DNA of 63,979 nt, filler included, from Barthelona sp. PAP020 (lineage: Eukaryota): the NCBI GenBank assembly GCA_040182905.1. It is 3 parts of 3 records of this genome, joined end to end, with 100 filler letters (N's around TTAATTAATTAA, not from the genome) between each part and the next. Parts side by side here need not be neighbours in the genome. Positions count along the whole stretch, not along the records: positions 1 to 24,362 come from JARQWU010000155.1; 2 more parts are not named here. One strand, written 5' to 3'. Under the pieces are notes generated by a model that did not search any database, was not told the origin of the DNA, and was given only the letters and a program-made list of their open reading frames with translations. Positions 1 through 10,004 of the stretch are shown piece after piece (the first letter of the stretch is position 1; each line of letters starts with the position of its first letter). The position numbers and the translations under genes are program-made.

Positions 1-163
1 TTTAAGGAACCTGGGACCCCCGAATTAATGTAAAGGAATCTGGTTTATTTTATTAACTAACGAATCAAATAATCCTGAGTACCAGCATCTCGGAATTTAG
101 GGAATAACAAAAAGGGGAAAAGTTCCCTCGGAAAAATAAAATTAATAATTGTTTATTAAAAAA

Positions 164-1363
164 CTATTTCAATATTTCTTTCACTTTTAAACTGTAAGCC
201 ACAATAATTTCATCATTTTCAATCATACAAACAACTTCATTCAACAAATCAATTTCTTTTAATCTCAAAAAGATCAACAATAAATCATCCAATTGAAAAT
301 CAATATCAAAATGTTGCCAAACTTTCAACAGATCATTCAATTTGAATTGACATCTATCTTTTTTTGCAGCAGCAAATATGGCTTTTCCTGCTCTAATAAA
401 CAAATTTCTATGTGTAAATAATAAAAAATTTTGATATATGAACAAAAGTTGATGCTTTAACAAAACTTCTTCATGATCGCTCAACCATTCATCAACAAAT
501 AAGAAGTTCCCAATATATATGTTTTTAGATAAGTTCAAGGCGTCAAAAACATTTAAATTTTCCAAAACATTTGAAATCTTCAAAGGGATATGATAATTTC
601 TAAAAATTTGAAGAGGAAACAAATGTAAGCATAAATATGCAAAATGGTCTTCATTGTTTTCGATTAAATTTGTAGAAAATGCATTAAAGGCATAACACAA
701 ATGTTCAAAACTCTTTTGAAATGATCTCCTACTGAAATGATCCAACAACAAATAGAATCTGCCTAATAAGAAGTTTACACGAATTAAATCTTTTGCATTA
801 ATAGGAATATTGAAATTTTCAAGAGGAATCATGGCATTTGAGAGTTCCTTATATGTTTGAATAAAATTATTAGGATTCACACTGATCAAAATTTCAATTA
901 ACAATGGAATGATAACATTCATTGATTTTTCGGATAATTTCAACCTTTTTGAAAGAAAAGGCAACAAAAACCTCAATTTACTTTCATTTAATTCATCGTA
1001 ACCTTTAGATATATGATGTGAAATGTTTAATAAAATTCTCAACATGGGACCTTGAATGTCAATATCAAAACTTTCCAATTGATTTAAAATTTTTTGAATA
1101 TCTCCCTGAATCCTTTTTCTTTCATCAAAACTGTTGGTTTTATTTTTTTTTATAATATCTAATAAAAAAGAAAATCCTTGAGGAATAATATCTTCTTCAA
1201 TATCTTCAAGTTTGATAAAATTATGATGGTTTTTATAATATTCATCCAATAAATTATTTATTGTGTCAGATATTAGATAATTCTTTTGTTTCTCGTCAAA
1301 GATATTGTTGGTAATACTTTCAAAATTTCTTCTTAATTCACTTATTTCTTTCTCTAAATCCAT
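164..1363 (-). CDS. PCI-domain protein, PCID2/Thp1/Csn12-like (TREX-2)
   Basis: 399-aa ORF. Segments FLLGRFYLL..FQKSFEHLCYAF..LHLFPLQIF..IYIGNF..LSDHEEVLLKHQLLFIY..THRNLF parallel PCID2 (YYVGR..FKQAEEYLSFAF..YLLPVKMLLG..EGNL..LAKHEAFF..TYRNLF), recognised from memory. Confidence 0.65.
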   Translation of the reverse strand: MDLEKEISELRRNFESITNNIFDEKQKNYLISDTINNLLDEYYKNHHNFIKLEDIEEDIIPQGFSFLLDIIKKNKTNSFDERKRIQGDIQKILNQLESFDIDIQGPMLRILLNISHHISKGYDELNESKLRFLLPFLSKRLKLSEKSMNVIIPLLIEILISVNPNNFIQTYKELSNAMIPLENFNIPINAKDLIRVNFLLGRFYLLLDHFSRRSFQKSFEHLCYAFNAFSTNLIENNEDHFAYLCLHLFPLQIFRNYHIPLKISNVLENLNVFDALNLSKNIYIGNFLFVDEWLSDHEEVLLKHQLLFIYQNFLLFTHRNLFIRAGKAIFAAAKKDRCQFKLNDLLKVWQHFDIDFQLDDLLLIFLRLKEIDLLNEVVCMIENDEIIVAYSLKVKEILK

Positions 1364-1456
1364 GTTAAATTCATTTAATCACGTTCATTCATAAATCTTG
1401 AAATGTCCGGTAAAAAGTTAATTTTGATTTTTGTTTTTCATTTTTATTTTTTTCTT

Positions 1457-2476
1457 ATGCCTTCTCAAGAAATTTACATTCCTAAAGTAATTTTAGTTAC
1501 CGGTGGTGCTGGTTTTATTGCTTCTCATGTTACTATACATTTAGTGAACACTTATCCTGATTATCATATTATAGTTCTTGATTCTCTTGAATATTGTGCT
1601 TCAAAGAACAATTTAAAAGATTGTTGGGAAAAACCTAATTTTACATTTGTTGAAGGTAATATCACCAATACTGAGTTGGTTCGTCATCTTATGAAGGTTC
1701 ATAATATTGACACAGTCATGCATTTTGCTGCTGAATCTCATGTTGATAACTCTTTTGGTAATTCCATTATTTTTACTCAAACCAACGTTTTGGGAACTCA
1801 TATTCTCTTAGAATGTGCTAAAGAACACAACATTAAACGTTTTATTCATGTTTCAACTGATGAAGTCTATGGTGAAGTTTCTATGGATCACGATGGACAT
1901 TTAGAAAATGCTACTCTTGAGCCCACAAATCCCTATTCTTGTTCTAAAGCAGCAGCTGAATTTATTTGCAAGGCCTACATTCGTTCTTATCATCAACCTG
2001 TTATTATCACTCGTTCAAACAATGTTTACGGAACTCATCAATATCCTGAAAAGGTCATTCCCAAGTTTGTTTATCGTCTTGATAAGGGTATTCCTCTTTG
2101 CATACATGGAGATGGTTCAAATGTCCGTTCTTTCATTCATGTTTCTGATGTTGTTGCTGGTTTTGACACCATTTTACATCAAGGAGATATTCATGAAATT
2201 TATAACATTGGTTTAGACAACGATGTTTCTGTTTTGGAAGTTGCTGAACTTATTCTCAAAGAAATGGGATTATTTGACAAGAAAGATGAATTAATTGAAT
2301 TTGTTGAAGATCGTCCTTTCAATGACTTGAGATATGCAATTAAGTCTGATAAGTTAACTAAACTTGGTTGGGCTCCCAAAAAGAATTTTTCTGAAGGTTT
2401 GCAAGAAACTGTACAATGGTATCTTAAGAATAAAAATCATTGGGAATTTTCTGAAAGAGCTTATGAAGACCACTAA
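1457..2476 (+). CDS. NDP-glucose 4,6-dehydratase (RmlB/RHM N-terminal type, rhamnose synthesis). Start could alternatively be ATG 1403.
   Basis: VTGGAGFIAS Rossmann motif, HFAAESHVDNSF, HVSTDEVYGE, YSCSK catalytic YxxxK, DRPFNDLRY. Stand-alone, with no epimerase/reductase domain. Confidence 0.92.
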   Translation: MPSQEIYIPKVILVTGGAGFIASHVTIHLVNTYPDYHIIVLDSLEYCASKNNLKDCWEKPNFTFVEGNITNTELVRHLMKVHNIDTVMHFAAESHVDNSFGNSIIFTQTNVLGTHILLECAKEHNIKRFIHVSTDEVYGEVSMDHDGHLENATLEPTNPYSCSKAAAEFICKAYIRSYHQPVIITRSNNVYGTHQYPEKVIPKFVYRLDKGIPLCIHGDGSNVRSFIHVSDVVAGFDTILHQGDIHEIYNIGLDNDVSVLEVAELILKEMGLFDKKDELIEFVEDRPFNDLRYAIKSDKLTKLGWAPKKNFSEGLQETVQWYLKNKNHWEFSERAYEDH

Positions 2477-2711
2477 TTTTACCATTTTGATGTAAAAATA
2501 ACTTAATAAATTAGAAAAAGAAAAGAAATTTTATTGTTTATATAATTATTTGATGTGTTGGTGTGTTTAGACCAAAAAAATATTCATATATAAAACAAGA
2601 ATCTTGATAAAAGCAAAAGAAAAAAAAGAAAAAAAAATCGAACGATTGATATTTTTTTTCTACATTTTACAAGCTTATTCTATTGATTTTATCGATGAAA
2701 TATACGAAAAC

Positions 2712-5700
2712 ATGTTAGGATATATAACATTAATAGCAATAATTATATTATTACCATATATTTTAGGTTTTTTAGTTTCTACGGTATTAACTAAATATAC
2801 TCCATTTACTGTTCATATACATAAGTTAACATTTTTAACGGCGTCACAGATTGAAATAAATTATTTTAATAAGAGTTTAAGATTAAAGATTGGTTCAATT
2901 GGTTATGGTATTTCTTTAATTCAATGGATTATGCAAAGGAAACCTCAATTATTTTATGTAAAGATAAATTCTTTATTGATTGAAGGAAATTTTGATGAAT
3001 TGATTGAAAATTTAAGAAGTTTTGAATATCTAATGGATAAAAGTGATTCAGATATGATTGAAAAAGACAACACAACCATACTTTCATCTAGGCAATTTAA
3101 ATATATTAAAATTTTGACAAGGCTTACTAATTCTATTCGTTTTACGATTAATTCGAGTTGTTTAAGGTTTATTGGTGCCAGCAAATCATTCAAAGAATTA
3201 TTGTTTACATTGAGATTCCAATTTGATTTTCATATTGATGAGACGAACAATTCTTTTATTGGAAGTCATTGCCTTGAGACGCTTTTTGAATCTGATGTTC
3301 TTTGTTGTGAGGAATTTAAGTGTTCAGGAGGAATTAGTATAGGAGTTGAAAAACCTTTAGCTGTAGATATTGAGTTATTAATTGATGAGCCATGTTTAAG
3401 GTTTACAGATGATTTATTTATTATCATTGATAAAGGGATGGAGTTGATAACTTTACTCAAAGATAAGAATATCATAAAGATGAATTTTAATGAAGATACC
3501 AGAAGAACAAATGAGATTGAATCAACTTTGAATGAAAAGAAAGATAAACGATATAATAATGATATTTGGATGTTAGATTCACCTAATCCTAGTACAACAA
3601 TTGAAGTGAAATCGAAATCGAGTTCTAATGGTAGAAAAAGACAGATTAGTTTGTTAAACAAGTTAAAATTACATTTTTTGCTGAATTTGAGAAAGCCTAG
3701 AATAAATTTAGATTTTACTGAAATGAAATTGGATTTTTCTCTTGATAAATTGTTTATTGAAGCATATTCATCTTCAATTGCTATACAATTGAAAGATATG
3801 TTAATACTATTCGATCAATATAAATGTATATATTTACAATCCATGGAATTAGCAACAAACGCTGGATTTTTGTTTGATTTCAGCACTTATGATTCAATAG
3901 ATATTGATTTTTCAACCATTAATTTGTTCTTAACATCAAATATCATTGAAAGAGTTATTGAATTGGCTAATGAATCAAATATCATTAATCATCTTGAGAA
4001 TTTTCTTGATTTAAAGAATGAAGAACAAGAATCAATGAAAGAATTGAATAATGAAGAAAATATTAGTATTGATTGGTATGAAACTTATGAAAATATTGAT
4101 AAATTTTTGGAAATGTTTAAACTTTTACCATTTGTTGACATATCATTAGAAAACTTAAATTTTGTGATAGTTTCTGATACAAAAATATATGGTAAACAAA
4201 ATTATTGTATAAATTTACAAAAGTTTAACATTGATAATCAATTAAAAATGACTTTTGAAAAGTTTGAACTTTTTCAAAAATCACAACATTATAAAGTTAA
4301 GTTATGTTTATTAGAAATAAATAATTTTGTCAGTTCAATGATTAATAATACAGATTATAAATTTTTACATCTCAATATAAATGAGTTGAATATAAATACA
4401 GGTACATCATCTGTTTTATGTATTATTGAAACGATATTACATCTCACATCTCTAGTGAATATAGATATGTATGCTGAATCATCATCCATATTCTATTTGC
4501 CTTTAAAACATTTTAAAATTAATTTAGATGGAAAAATTCAAACTTTTAAAATTAATTTATTATGTAATCAAGACACTTCTTTTTCAATTTTAGCTGAAAA
4601 TGTTGAGATTTTACCAGATAGAATCAATGGAGTTCATTTACAAAATATTGATCTAATTAAAAATAAATTTAATTTTCACTCTACCTATCAATTATTACAA
4701 AGTTTATTGATTAAAGATTGTCGTATACGTGTCAATGATTATGAAGTTACCTTAATTAGAGTTAGTGATTTAATGATTGGTTTTGGTGATATTGTTAGTT
4801 TTAAAACACCATTAATCTTTGGTAGTTTATTAGATTTGAAGTTTAATCTTCAGTATGATTTAAATTTGGGACCACATTTGGATAATTTCATCGAATGTAT
4901 CAACATCATTTTAAATTCGATCTATAGATATGATGAAGAATTTTCACCTATACCTCATTTAGGAATATTTGTCAATTCTGCTGAATTATTATTGTTGGAT
5001 GATCCTATGGATGCATTTCAAAGAATCAGTGATAATTTAAAAGAATTAGCAAAAAAGAAATCAAAAACTGATAATATTTCTGATATTTTTGATGAATATA
5101 GAAAACTTTTGAAAATGTTCCCAAATTCTCTTGCCAAAACAAGTAAATTATCTCCAGCAGTTAAAATTGTTCTAAATAAAATCTCTTTCATCAATGAACC
5201 TTTGGATTGGTTTTTTGATACATCAAAAATCAAATCTTGGGTTGATTCAAGAGAAAGATCTCCAGAAAAAAACCCATATCTTACTTATTTACCTTTCAAT
5301 ATCAAAGTATCTCTTCAAAACTTATCAATGAAATTGATTGATTATCCTGCAATGATTAATTTGAAAAAATTAAACGCTGAAGGAATCATGATGATTGTTG
5401 ATTGCATTACTACAGATACTTATAAATATAAGCATAAACATATATTGACTGCTAGAAGATCTATGATTAAAGATGGAGAAAAGATCATTTTCAAAGATGG
5501 TAACACGAATGAAAATCTTTTCAAACAACATTTTTTCCCATCACAACATACTTATGATCGACAATATGTTATTACAATCGAAAAGAATCATTTGCCTGTT
5601 TATACCTATTTAGACGTATTGGTCAGCATTATTAATGTCAAAGTCTATTTTCATTTTGGACAATTTTTAAGTTTGATGAGTTTGAGCAAAATTTTAGATA

Positions 5701-8700
5701 GAATCATTCCTCCAGGTTTTGGTCGATTTTATGCACCCTATTCTTCTATTGATTGGTGGGATATGGTTCGATTCATGATACGTTTAAAATTGAATTGTAA
5801 AGTTAAGAATTTTACATTTACTTTGGTGAATAATATTGAGCCTTTTAATGAAAAAGAAAATTCGATCAAATTAAAGATAAAGAATATCAATTTAACGAAT
5901 TTTGATAGAACTAAGTGTGTAAAAAGAAATATTTGTATGAAACATTCACCTTATTTGAATGATTATCCTTTAAAACATTCCTTTTTTATTGACATGACAC
6001 GCATGGTAGCATTTTTGGAAAAAGATGCTCAACCCTTCATAATTCTTCCTAAAATGGTTCTTGGAGTTGATATTACTTTTATTGGAGATGAGAATAACTT
6101 AAAACAATCACAGTATTTCCCTTGGCCTTCTTGTAAACATACAATCAAACCAAAATTAAATGATTTATATGAATACATGCGTTCGGAAGGATTCAATATT
6201 GATATTAAAGCAATCAGCTTTGATGGCAATGTAGTCAATCATTTTGGAGACACAATTCAACTGGGTTTGGCTCACATTAACAAAAATCATATGTGTCTTG
6301 ATTTAGAGACAAAACACATAAAAATTCTGCAAAAAATTATCAGATTTTTGGAATATCAAACACATATCACTTACGATTTGCCACTACATAGACATTATAA
6401 ACGATTACCTGAAGGTAGGAATTTAGCACAGCAAATTAAGAAAATCTCTTGTGTATTTGAATCAGACACCACATCCTTTCATTTCAGTCATCGGAATGAC
6501 CAAGAATCTGTTGTTGGGTACCTAACCAATATGATTTTTTCAATGCAGATGTTTCAATTAAGACATCCTAAGGATATAACAATGATGAAATGGGAATTTG
6601 ATCCTGCTTTAGTCTTATTTTTAAAAACACTGAAAGTACAATTGATACATCATGGAATTGATTTGAATAATAATCTAAATTCTAGCAGAATAACCACAGA
6701 AATAAATAATATTTGCTTGAATCTAAGTTTTGAGGAGATTGAAAAGTTCAGGGAGCAAAGCAATTTTTCATCATATGCTAGCTTCATTGAAGTTGTAAAT
6801 AGTTTTCCGTCTCTGGCAAAAATCGAGTCCATTTTCCATTTATCAAATGTGAAAGATGAAAATTCAGTCAATATGGAACTGACACAAGATTCATTTGTTG
6901 GAAGAGAAAGAGCTAAGACAGTGCCTCATTGGAAAAATGAATTGATTGATGCTTCGGCAATAAAGGCAAAAAAATTTGAGAATAACAATGATGAATTTTT
7001 GGCACGAAAAAGATCTATTTCTGATACCAAGTTACCAAAGATCAAAGAGTTATCAAGAATTGATTCCTTCGATCCCCTTGAACATTTTGAATCTGTAACA
7101 ATGGATGGATTTAATAAGTTATCTCCAATTATAGTAAGAAACACTCCAAATAAGACGTTGGAGGATATCGTTTTTGATACTGAATCTGTTGAATCGGAGA
7201 ATGAACAAGATATTGATTCATTTATGGAGAATGAGTTATCTTCGGCAAGAAGTCGTTCAAGAAGTCATTCAAGAAGTCAATCAAGAAGTCGATCAAGGAG
7301 TCGATCAAAGAGTAGGAGAGGTAGTATTTTTGATGACAAAGAAACACAAATAGTAGGTTCAAAACATCGTCATAGCACTTCAGACACTTTGCCTTTGCCA
7401 GATGAAGAGAACTTTGATATATTTTTTGAATCTGAATCTTCAGATGAAGAGGATAAAAAACAGTACGAAATTAACTTTGTTCCAACAATTAAAGGGATTT
7501 TTTCTGATCTCCTGCTTAATAATGATGATAGAAATGACAGCTATGAAAATTTCGAACTCAACAATTTAGACAATTATACATTTGAAATTCCTTTGGTCAT
7601 CCCCCATGTTCGAGACAGATTGCCTAAAGATATTGAGGGTATCTTTGGAAATATTGTAATCGATGATATAAAGATTCATCTGAGTGAAAAGGCACAAGAC
7701 TGCATGATTGTCTGGGCAGAAGAAGTGTTAACTCTTTTACCGATACCTTATGATGCTGTTGGAAGATTTTTCAAAAAATTTAAAAATGTTGACCCTGAAC
7801 ATGATTTGATCAAGATTCCCATTGAAAACATGTTTTCTCAGCGATATAATTATCAAATTAATACCCTTCAAATCCTAGTTCAACCCACAGAAAAAAAGTC
7901 TGAAAAATTGGGAACGATCCTGATGGGATGTCATACTTTCACAGGTATTTTATGGATGGAAGGCCCCAATGTTACACCTATTGATGTTGGAATTTTGGAC
8001 AAATATTTTCTACAAAATTCTGGAGGGTCAAAACATTTGAAACATTTCAAAAAATTAAAGTATTTGCATCCTATTCATATCGAGAATAGATGTGATGTTT
8101 TTAAATTTGAAAATTCGTATCAAACAAAATATTTTGTTGAAAAAGGTGATTTCTTCAGTTCAATGTTATTAAACAGTGTTTTAACTGATTTCTTTATTCT
8201 GTTATCTGGTACTTTATCACCAATAACGTTTATTGGAGATGTGAATATATTAAGAACTGGTGATTTTAGCCATGTTCCTTCATATCATGAAATTTCAAAT
8301 CGATTTGATGTTTGCTTAGCATTTGTCAATGGAATACCTAGAAAAGAGTGGAGTTTAAGTGGAGATCGTATATACAAAGGAAAAAAATACATTGAAAGTG
8401 TTGAAAGATTATCTAAACATTATTTACCAGTGACTTTAGCAAAATTGATCAATTTTGCTCGTATTTTTAATTCAATGGAAGTAAATCATGATAATTTTGA
8501 AGAAGTTATGAATTTTTTAATCTTAACACCCTCTAAAATCAAGTTTATTTTTGATCAACCTTCACTAAGCTTATTATGGAGTATTTATAGAGATATTTGG
8601 TTTTATACTGGTGAAAATATTGAAAATTTGAATAATTTCCAGAAATATCGACATTTTAAACAAAGTCCTTTACCACCTTATAAAAAGCCCCCTTTACCAA

Positions 8701-9887
8701 CAAATTATTCTTCATTATTTTGTCTTGATTGTATGATTGAAGCTCAAGCAAATCATAAAGCATTTTGTCAAATATTTGCAGAAAACAATTTTATATATTT
8801 TGATAAATTTCTAAACGGTTCAATAGATTATGGTCTCATGTGTGGAGATTGTCAAATTGTTAATCCTTTACCAGAAGACCCCTTCAGAATTGTTGTTATT
8901 CCAGATAAAAGAGATAGACATTATTTCAATAGAATCGATTGGTTTTCTTTAAATAAAACAACTTTAACTCATTCAAGATGTTTATCTTCTCCTACACCTT
9001 CTACTCTTAATAAAAACAACAGCAATCTTCATTTAACCAATAATGCTGTTCATAATACAAGCGTTAAGAGCACAGGAGCTTTGTATGTGCATCATCAAAA
9101 AGGTTTGAGTTTGGACATGTTTGATTTGGTCAGTGTTCCTTCTTCAGATATGTCAGATGATGGTGTTCAAAATGGATTCTTGAATGATAATATGGTTCAA
9201 GATGCGGTATTTTTAAGATTGATGGTTAGAGAAGCTCCAAATTTGAGTATGAATCGATTCGATCATGTTGAGCTCAATCTGATTCCTACCGTTGTTAACA
9301 TTTCTGATCTATTTTTATCCGGCTTGAAATGTTTCTTTTATTCTTCTAATATTCTTGAATTTGAAGATTATCACAACGTCCTACCTCAATTGGGATATCA
9401 AAAGGGTATGTTAAGAGAAAAAAATAATTTCAAATACACAACAAACAAAAATGTAAAAAATGAGGAACTAAATGAAGAACCTGTGAATGAAGTTTTCGTT
9501 AAATTTTTGAAGATTACTCCAATCAAGTCATTTGTCACTTACAAACATCTTAAAGACTTTGTTCCTCTTGGTGAAGTCTCTACTTTTGGCAATGATACCC
9601 TTTGGGATGAAAGACACTTCTTGGATTTCAATGGTCTCAAGATCAATTTGCGTGCGATTATATACCAAAATACTCAGTGTAGTTTTCTGGAAATATATAA
9701 TAAGTTGCAAGGAGATATCGTCAGACAAGTTTTGTTTCCTGTAGCCAAAAAGTTCAGTGTTCATAAATTGAAAAGGATGTTTGGTGTGAATGATTCAGAA
9801 ATCAGTGAGTTGAATGAGCAGATTGACCTACAATCTGAGCAATTGGAAAAGGAACAAAGAGATAAAATTCTCAATGGTTGGCGTTGA
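2712..9887 (+). CDS. Bridge-like lipid transfer protein BLTP2/Hobbit/FMP27/SABRE family
   Basis: Likely start ATG 2712 followed by an N-terminal TM helix. DWWDMVRFMI resembles the Fmp27 GFWDK motif. C-terminal Apt1-like block FVKFLKITPIKSFVTYK..LDFNGLKINLRAIIYQN..LQGDIVRQVL. About 2390 aa, intronless. Confidence 0.75.
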   Translation: MLGYITLIAIIILLPYILGFLVSTVLTKYTPFTVHIHKLTFLTASQIEINYFNKSLRLKIGSIGYGISLIQWIMQRKPQLFYVKINSLLIEGNFDELIENLRSFEYLMDKSDSDMIEKDNTTILSSRQFKYIKILTRLTNSIRFTINSSCLRFIGASKSFKELLFTLRFQFDFHIDETNNSFIGSHCLETLFESDVLCCEEFKCSGGISIGVEKPLAVDIELLIDEPCLRFTDDLFIIIDKGMELITLLKDKNIIKMNFNEDTRRTNEIESTLNEKKDKRYNNDIWMLDSPNPSTTIEVKSKSSSNGRKRQISLLNKLKLHFLLNLRKPRINLDFTEMKLDFSLDKLFIEAYSSSIAIQLKDMLILFDQYKCIYLQSMELATNAGFLFDFSTYDSIDIDFSTINLFLTSNIIERVIELANESNIINHLENFLDLKNEEQESMKELNNEENISIDWYETYENIDKFLEMFKLLPFVDISLENLNFVIVSDTKIYGKQNYCINLQKFNIDNQLKMTFEKFELFQKSQHYKVKLCLLEINNFVSSMINNTDYKFLHLNINELNINTGTSSVLCIIETILHLTSLVNIDMYAESSSIFYLPLKHFKINLDGKIQTFKINLLCNQDTSFSILAENVEILPDRINGVHLQNIDLIKNKFNFHSTYQLLQSLLIKDCRIRVNDYEVTLIRVSDLMIGFGDIVSFKTPLIFGSLLDLKFNLQYDLNLGPHLDNFIECINIILNSIYRYDEEFSPIPHLGIFVNSAELLLLDDPMDAFQRISDNLKELAKKKSKTDNISDIFDEYRKLLKMFPNSLAKTSKLSPAVKIVLNKISFINEPLDWFFDTSKIKSWVDSRERSPEKNPYLTYLPFNIKVSLQNLSMKLIDYPAMINLKKLNAEGIMMIVDCITTDTYKYKHKHILTARRSMIKDGEKIIFKDGNTNENLFKQHFFPSQHTYDRQYVITIEKNHLPVYTYLDVLVSIINVKVYFHFGQFLSLMSLSKILDRIIPPGFGRFYAPYSSIDWWDMVRFMIRLKLNCKVKNFTFTLVNNIEPFNEKENSIKLKIKNINLTNFDRTKCVKRNICMKHSPYLNDYPLKHSFFIDMTRMVAFLEKDAQPFIILPKMVLGVDITFIGDENNLKQSQYFPWPSCKHTIKPKLNDLYEYMRSEGFNIDIKAISFDGNVVNHFGDTIQLGLAHINKNHMCLDLETKHIKILQKIIRFLEYQTHITYDLPLHRHYKRLPEGRNLAQQIKKISCVFESDTTSFHFSHRNDQESVVGYLTNMIFSMQMFQLRHPKDITMMKWEFDPALVLFLKTLKVQLIHHGIDLNNNLNSSRITTEINNICLNLSFEEIEKFREQSNFSSYASFIEVVNSFPSLAKIESIFHLSNVKDENSVNMELTQDSFVGRERAKTVPHWKNELIDASAIKAKKFENNNDEFLARKRSISDTKLPKIKELSRIDSFDPLEHFESVTMDGFNKLSPIIVRNTPNKTLEDIVFDTESVESENEQDIDSFMENELSSARSRSRSHSRSQSRSRSRSRSKSRRGSIFDDKETQIVGSKHRHSTSDTLPLPDEENFDIFFESESSDEEDKKQYEINFVPTIKGIFSDLLLNNDDRNDSYENFELNNLDNYTFEIPLVIPHVRDRLPKDIEGIFGNIVIDDIKIHLSEKAQDCMIVWAEEVLTLLPIPYDAVGRFFKKFKNVDPEHDLIKIPIENMFSQRYNYQINTLQILVQPTEKKSEKLGTILMGCHTFTGILWMEGPNVTPIDVGILDKYFLQNSGGSKHLKHFKKLKYLHPIHIENRCDVFKFENSYQTKYFVEKGDFFSSMLLNSVLTDFFILLSGTLSPITFIGDVNILRTGDFSHVPSYHEISNRFDVCLAFVNGIPRKEWSLSGDRIYKGKKYIESVERLSKHYLPVTLAKLINFARIFNSMEVNHDNFEEVMNFLILTPSKIKFIFDQPSLSLLWSIYRDIWFYTGENIENLNNFQKYRHFKQSPLPPYKKPPLPTNYSSLFCLDCMIEAQANHKAFCQIFAENNFIYFDKFLNGSIDYGLMCGDCQIVNPLPEDPFRIVVIPDKRDRHYFNRIDWFSLNKTTLTHSRCLSSPTPSTLNKNNSNLHLTNNAVHNTSVKSTGALYVHHQKGLSLDMFDLVSVPSSDMSDDGVQNGFLNDNMVQDAVFLRLMVREAPNLSMNRFDHVELNLIPTVVNISDLFLSGLKCFFYSSNILEFEDYHNVLPQLGYQKGMLREKNNFKYTTNKNVKNEELNEEPVNEVFVKFLKITPIKSFVTYKHLKDFVPLGEVSTFGNDTLWDERHFLDFNGLKINLRAIIYQNTQCSFLEIYNKLQGDIVRQVLFPVAKKFSVHKLKRMFGVNDSEISELNEQIDLQSEQLEKEQRDKILNGWR
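7248..7325 (+). repeat. Arg-Ser dipeptide tract inside BLTP2-like CDS
   Basis: Degenerate 12-nt repeats (AGAAGTCGTTCA-like) encoding RSRSRSHSRSQSRSRSRSRSKSRRGS. Confidence 0.9.
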
Positions 9888-10004
9888 AAATATATGCTTT
9901 CATCATTCCATACTTCATTTCTTTTGCCACTTTCACATAAAACAACAAAATCATCTTCTTTTTTTAGATTTTAGATAAAAAAAAACCAATTTTTGACTGT
10001 ATAT

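Noticed and set aside
1410..1469. Possible 60-nt in-frame intron GTAAAA...CTCAAG after ATG 1403 of the dehydratase
   Set aside because: Not required: it has no stop, lacks TTCTAAY, ends in AAG, is longer than the supported introns, and ATG 1457 after a T-tract fits the local pattern. Left unresolved.
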